The translations under genes were made by a program, and so were the position numbers. This document shows, piece after piece, positions 59,765-64,000 of a stretch of DNA of 64,000 nt. The notes under the pieces were generated by a model that searched no databases, was not told the origin of the DNA, and was given only the letters and a program-made list of their open reading frames with translations. The DNA is from Podarcis cretensis (Eukaryota), in NCBI GenBank assembly GCA_951804945.1, contig OX638160.1, positions 53,506,001-53,570,000 on the forward strand. Reading direction: 5' to 3'. How positions within the stretch are numbered: position 1 is the first letter of the stretch; every line of letters begins with the position of its first letter.

Positions 59765-59913
59765 GATAGCTCAGCTGGTTAGAGCGTGGTGCTGATAATA
59801 CCAAGGTCGCAAGTTTGCTCCCCGTATGGGACAGTGGCATATTCCTGGATTGCAGGAAGTTGGACTAGATGATCCTCAGGGTCCTCCCAACTCTACAATT
59901 CTATTATTCTATG
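59765..59913 (+). mobile_element. tRNA(Ile)-like-head SINE with CR1-type ATTCTATG tail
   Basis: gatagctcagctggttagagcgtggtgctgataa..ccaaggtcgc head; tail homologous to the 50465 SINE. Confidence 0.75.
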
Positions 59914-60038
59914 CAGCAACCCTGAAGACGACCTCAGAGAGCAGCTTACAGGCAGTGTAAACACCTTTAGGCTAGAACAGAGGTGAGCTTAGGCTCAAAT
60001 TTCAGGCAACAGATATACTATCCCAACACCGCACATGT

Positions 60039-60064
60039 GCACACACACACACACACACACACAC
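60039..60064. repeat. (CA)n microsatellite
   Basis: Direct reading; another at 43025-43043. Confidence 0.9.
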
Positions 60065-61276
60065 CTGATGGCCATCTCACAACATAATCCTCCAGTTTCT
60101 GGATGTGCACCTCATGGGGGGAAATTTAACTTAGATACTTTTTCCCCTCCTAAGAGTGCTCAGCAACCAAATGTGCCCTACATTTCAAGTATTAGTTGGT
60201 GCCAATGGTCTGCAGCTTACATCTATAAAGCAACTAGTAGCTGCATAGAATAGTCATTTGGAAGTAGCAAACAACCACAACACTGAACATGACAGAGAAA
60301 GGGCAGCCTCTACTTGCTTTCCAAAGACTTCCTGCCCTGGAAATGGGTAAGGTCACATAAAGTGCAAGCTGCTTCTCTATGTAAAGAGTGGATTTTCATC
60401 TGTCAGCGGTGCACAATGTACAATAAGGAATAAGTTTGCTTGCAACATGAACCCTCCAATATTACTGTTCACACAAGACATGACAACCACAAAGGCAGAA
60501 CAAGAGCCTCTCATAGCGACTCAGGTGTGTCAGGCTACAAAGGAAGAGGCCTCTTGTTCTCTTTTCTAATTTTCGCCGTGTCCCCAGAGAAACCATCAAT
60601 TAGTAAAAATGCCTTTATTATTTTGTTAGCACTCTAGTCCTTCAGGGAAAAATATGAGACAGGCTTCCTCAATTACGTTTTATTTCAAGGCTCTAGAAAA
60701 GCAGACTGGAGAGAAAATGAAACTGGGCAACACAAAAAGAGTTCTGTATGACGAGCAATGCACAAGGTTCAAAGCTAATCACTCAACCTGAAAGCCATGT
60801 CTGGTTCACTGGACTGCTTTAAAATGCCAGACAATTATTGCTTGGATGTTTGCTCTGCTCCTGCGTCCCCTTCCGTTGGTCTCCTGCCAGCCAAGGTGCC
60901 AAGGGTGGAGGGAAGAAAAGGGAATAATTTTCTGACTGTGGCACCTCAAGTATGAAACAGTCTCCAGCAAGGGAGGTTCATCTGGCTGTTCTTTGCTCTT
61001 AAGACTCTTTTGGTGTGCATTTTTTCAATTTGAGACCCTAGTTCAGGTGTTTTTATCTGGTATTATTAGTGTGCTTCCTTGCACTGTTTCACCACTGTCA
61101 TGGATTTCTTGCTGTTGTAATTTTATACTTTTAAGTATGTCTTTGGCCTAGAAAGGTGGGGTATAAATACTGAAATAAATAAACAAACCTGCCATTCCAC
61201 TCTTATCAAAATTAGCCGAGTTTACTTCTAGGTGTGCATAGCATTTGGGGTGCAAGATTTATACATAATTAATAAA

Positions 61277-61750
61277 TCCCAACAAAGGTCCATATAGTTA
61301 AAGCTATGGTTTTCCCAGTAGTGATGTATGGAAGTGAGAGCTGGACCATAAAGAAGGCTGATCACCAAAGAATTGATGCTTTTGAATTATGGTGCTGGAG
61401 GAGACTCTTGAGAGTCCCATGGACTGCAAGAAGATCAAACCTCTCCATTCTGAAGGAAATCAGCCCTGAGTGCTCACTGGAAGGACAGATCCTGAAACTG
61501 AGGCTCTAATACTTTGGCCACCTTGTGAGAAGAGAAGACTCCCTGGAAAAGACCCTGATGTTGGGAAAGATGGAGGGCACAAGGAGAAGGGGACGACAGA
61601 GGACGAGATGGTTGGACAGTGTTCTCAAAGCTACCAGCATGAGTTTGACCAAACTGCGGGATGCAGTGGAAGACAGGAGTGCCTGGTGTGCTCTGGTCCA
61701 TGGGGTCATGAAGAGTTGGACACGACTAAACGACTAAACAACAACAACAA
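61277..61750 (+). mobile_element. Bov-B/RTE 3' fragment with an in-frame stop
   Basis: MVFPVVMYGSESWTIKK...LRL*YFGH...; (CAA)n tail. Confidence 0.92.
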
Positions 61751-62782
61751 TAAATACCAGTCCTAGACCAAATTTTTATGTATGACAGTGGTAGCCAAAG
61801 TGGTGATGTTCCATCAGCCCTAGCCAGAATGGTCAGTGATCAGGGATGAGGAGGAGATATAGCCCACAACGTATGTTGGCTACCCCAATGTACAAGCTTT
61901 TTTTGGGGGGTATCTATTAGGCATGTGGACTGACTGCAAGATTTGGTTCACACTCTAATTCAACACAGAAAGTAGCCCAATCCAATTGTTTGATTCAGTT
62001 CAAGGTCTGAAGTAAAGGCTTCTTTAGGGAAAAAAAGCAAGGCTTCATTTCCACCCTATTCACTCTAGGAAAATAAAAAACCAGATCACAAATTCATAAA
62101 AACCTTGTTGGGTGATTTCATTATACACAATGAGATCTCTGAGCTAGCTTCCTGGACAAGAGGGCAGCTTTTTGAATAGCTTTGCGGCCAGTAGTTGGCA
62201 TTTGATGAATTCCATTAACCTGCACTCACCTCGATACAGCCCTCTAATTAATGTTTTTAGCTCTTCAGAAAACTTGCAGTTGAAATTATCTGCCTTTTAA
62301 CTTTCACAATTTTGCAAACCTTTAAATATTAATAAACTCTTCTTTTGCAGCTGAACCCTACTATACACGTCTACTGAAATGCAAGTCCCACTGGATTTAA
62401 CTGGGCTTACTCCCAGGAACAAGTACCACTGGATTCAGTGGGTCTTACTTCTAAATGGACATGAATAGGACTGCAGCAAGAGTCTCAAAAAAAGACCTCT
62501 CTCTCTCGCAGCTTGATTGGAAAAACTGTGACCCAAAGCAATAGCACAGACATGTATAGATCACAACAAGGAAAGTTCAGATCCAAGCATGTGGCTTAGT
62601 CTTGAATATTTGAGACATATCCCACCATCAGATCTATCATCAATATTCCTTCTCATGACAAATTTATTGCTTTCTAAAAATACAGGGAATGTCTTAGTTT
62701 ATTTAAGTAAGGTGCAGGAACTCAATCCTCTTTTATGTTTGGCCACCTGAACCAACACTTTAAGGAAACTTGCAAAGTATTT

Positions 62783-63162
62783 GGGATGCGGGTGGCGCTG
62801 TGGGTTAAACCACTGTGTCTCTTAGGCTTGCCGATCAGAAGGTCGGCAGTTCAAATCCCTGCAACGGGGTGAGCTCCCGTTGCTCGGTCCCAGCTCCTGC
62901 CAACCTAGCAGTTCGAAAGCACGTCAAAGTACAAGTAGATAAATAGGTACCACTCCGGCGGGAAGGTAAACGGCATTTCCGTGTGCTGCTCTGGTTCACC
63001 AGAAGTGGCTTAGTCATGCTGGCCACATGACCTGGAAAAACTGTTTGCAGAAGCAGACAAACGCTGGCTCCCTCAGCCTTTAAAGTGAGATGAGCGCTGC
63101 AACCCCAGAGTTGTTTGCGACTGGACTTAATTGTCTGGGGGTCCCTTTACCTTTACCTTTTT
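62783..63162 (+). mobile_element. Sauria SINE (long subfamily), full length
   Basis: TSD caaagtattt at 62773-62782 and 63164-63173. Confidence 0.9.
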
Positions 63163-63545
63163 ACAAAGTATTTAAAGTAGCTTTAACTATAGAACCTCTA
63201 TAAACTATACCTTTAACTACAGAGCCATTCAAATACATTAAAACTAACAGCGAATGACTGAATGGCTACAGCCCCTTTGGACCACATCAGTGAGGCTGGG
63301 GGAGGGGTGCTTTCATCTGGGATCTCCATACATACCACCCAGGCTTGCACCCCAGACAGGTCACTTTGGTGCTGCTATATATAGTGCTGCTATATATATA
63401 TACATATATAGAGATCGAGATAGATAGTAGACGCATGACCAGGAGCCAACACAGACTGGATCTACATTGATCTGTAAAGACGCTTTGCAGTATAACATTA
63501 TATAACTCTCAAAGCAGTTTTCCATTTCAAAGGCACGCTGCTCTA

Positions 63546-63563
63546 CAGCGCCCTCTGGTGCCA
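63546..63563 (-). promoter_or_regulatory. Candidate CTCF binding site
   Basis: Minus strand TGGCACCAGAGGGCGCTG closely matches the CTCF core CCASYAGRKGGCRS; not inside a recognisable repeat. Confidence 0.55.
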
Positions 63564-64000
63564 CATTTTTATAACGCATTTCTAACATTATAACCAACGA
63601 GTGTAGATGAGCCCATAGCCTTAAATGATATACCTGCAGTGATCCTATAGCACTGCTTGGGGAACAGTCCAGGTTTTTATGGCAGGATTTGCTAAGTTGC
63701 CTGTCATCCAGTACTCCCTGGCAAAGGATCTAAGAAAAAATATTTCAGAAGATGTGATTCAGTTCCCTGAACCCCACCAAATTATGGGCCCCATAGATTT
63801 CCAAAACACTGGAAAGGTAAGGGAGGGAGGGTTAGGCCTCCTGCCCCCTCTACTTCATTCATAGCCTACTATTCTTGACATATATTTCTTCTCATAACCT
63901 CTGAAACAATCAAGTGTTAGTAACTCTGTAATCTCTTTAGTACTTCATGCTACCAGCATCAATCTTTTTGTTCAGCTCAAAGGATTTCCCCAACATTTAA

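Noticed and set aside
47000-64000. Exons of a neighbouring gene downstream of STAC
   Set aside because: No ORF with a recognisable domain and paired splice sites; an isolated minus-strand GAG|GTGAGT near 62224-62232 has no convincing upstream exon.

Overview
Vertebrate (squamate) genomic DNA, probably a lacertid lizard. The organism is inferred from the co-occurrence of Sauria SINEs, Bov-B/RTE, lizard-type L2 and L1, and tRNA-derived SINEs. The only host gene I can support is STAC (STAC1, SH3 and cysteine-rich domain protein) on the + strand. Coding exons 2-11 lie at 1305-44137. All introns are GT-AG with consistent phases, and the exons join into 1107 nt (368 aa + stop) covering the C1 zinc finger and the tandem SH3 domains. 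Exon 1 is upstream of the window. The 3' UTR probably runs to ~45.1 or ~46.95 kb. The rest is intron or intergenic DNA densely filled with transposon relics: L2, L1, Bov-B, Sauria SINE, tRNA SINEs, Tc2-like, Tigger-like and hAT MITEs, a Penelope-like remnant and LTR-like pieces. Nearly all ORFs in the supplied track are chance ORFs or TE fragments. I found no new protein-coding system. The most notable items are TE-architecture observations: (1) a complete ~1.1 kb ORF-less, L1-type mini-retroelement with a 16-bp TSD, poly(A) and a G-run/CTCF-like/YY1 5' tip (50806-51902); (2) a possible HAL1-like element next to the last STAC exon; (3) a hAT MITE carrying TTAGGG repeats; (4) a hAT element inserted into another hAT's terminal repeat; (5) a four-level nest whose L2 piece looks like DNA-repair capture; (6) a decayed Penelope-type hammerhead ribozyme; (7) a strong CTCF motif at 63546. 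Family names for repeats come from my recognition of terminal motifs and are not database hits.
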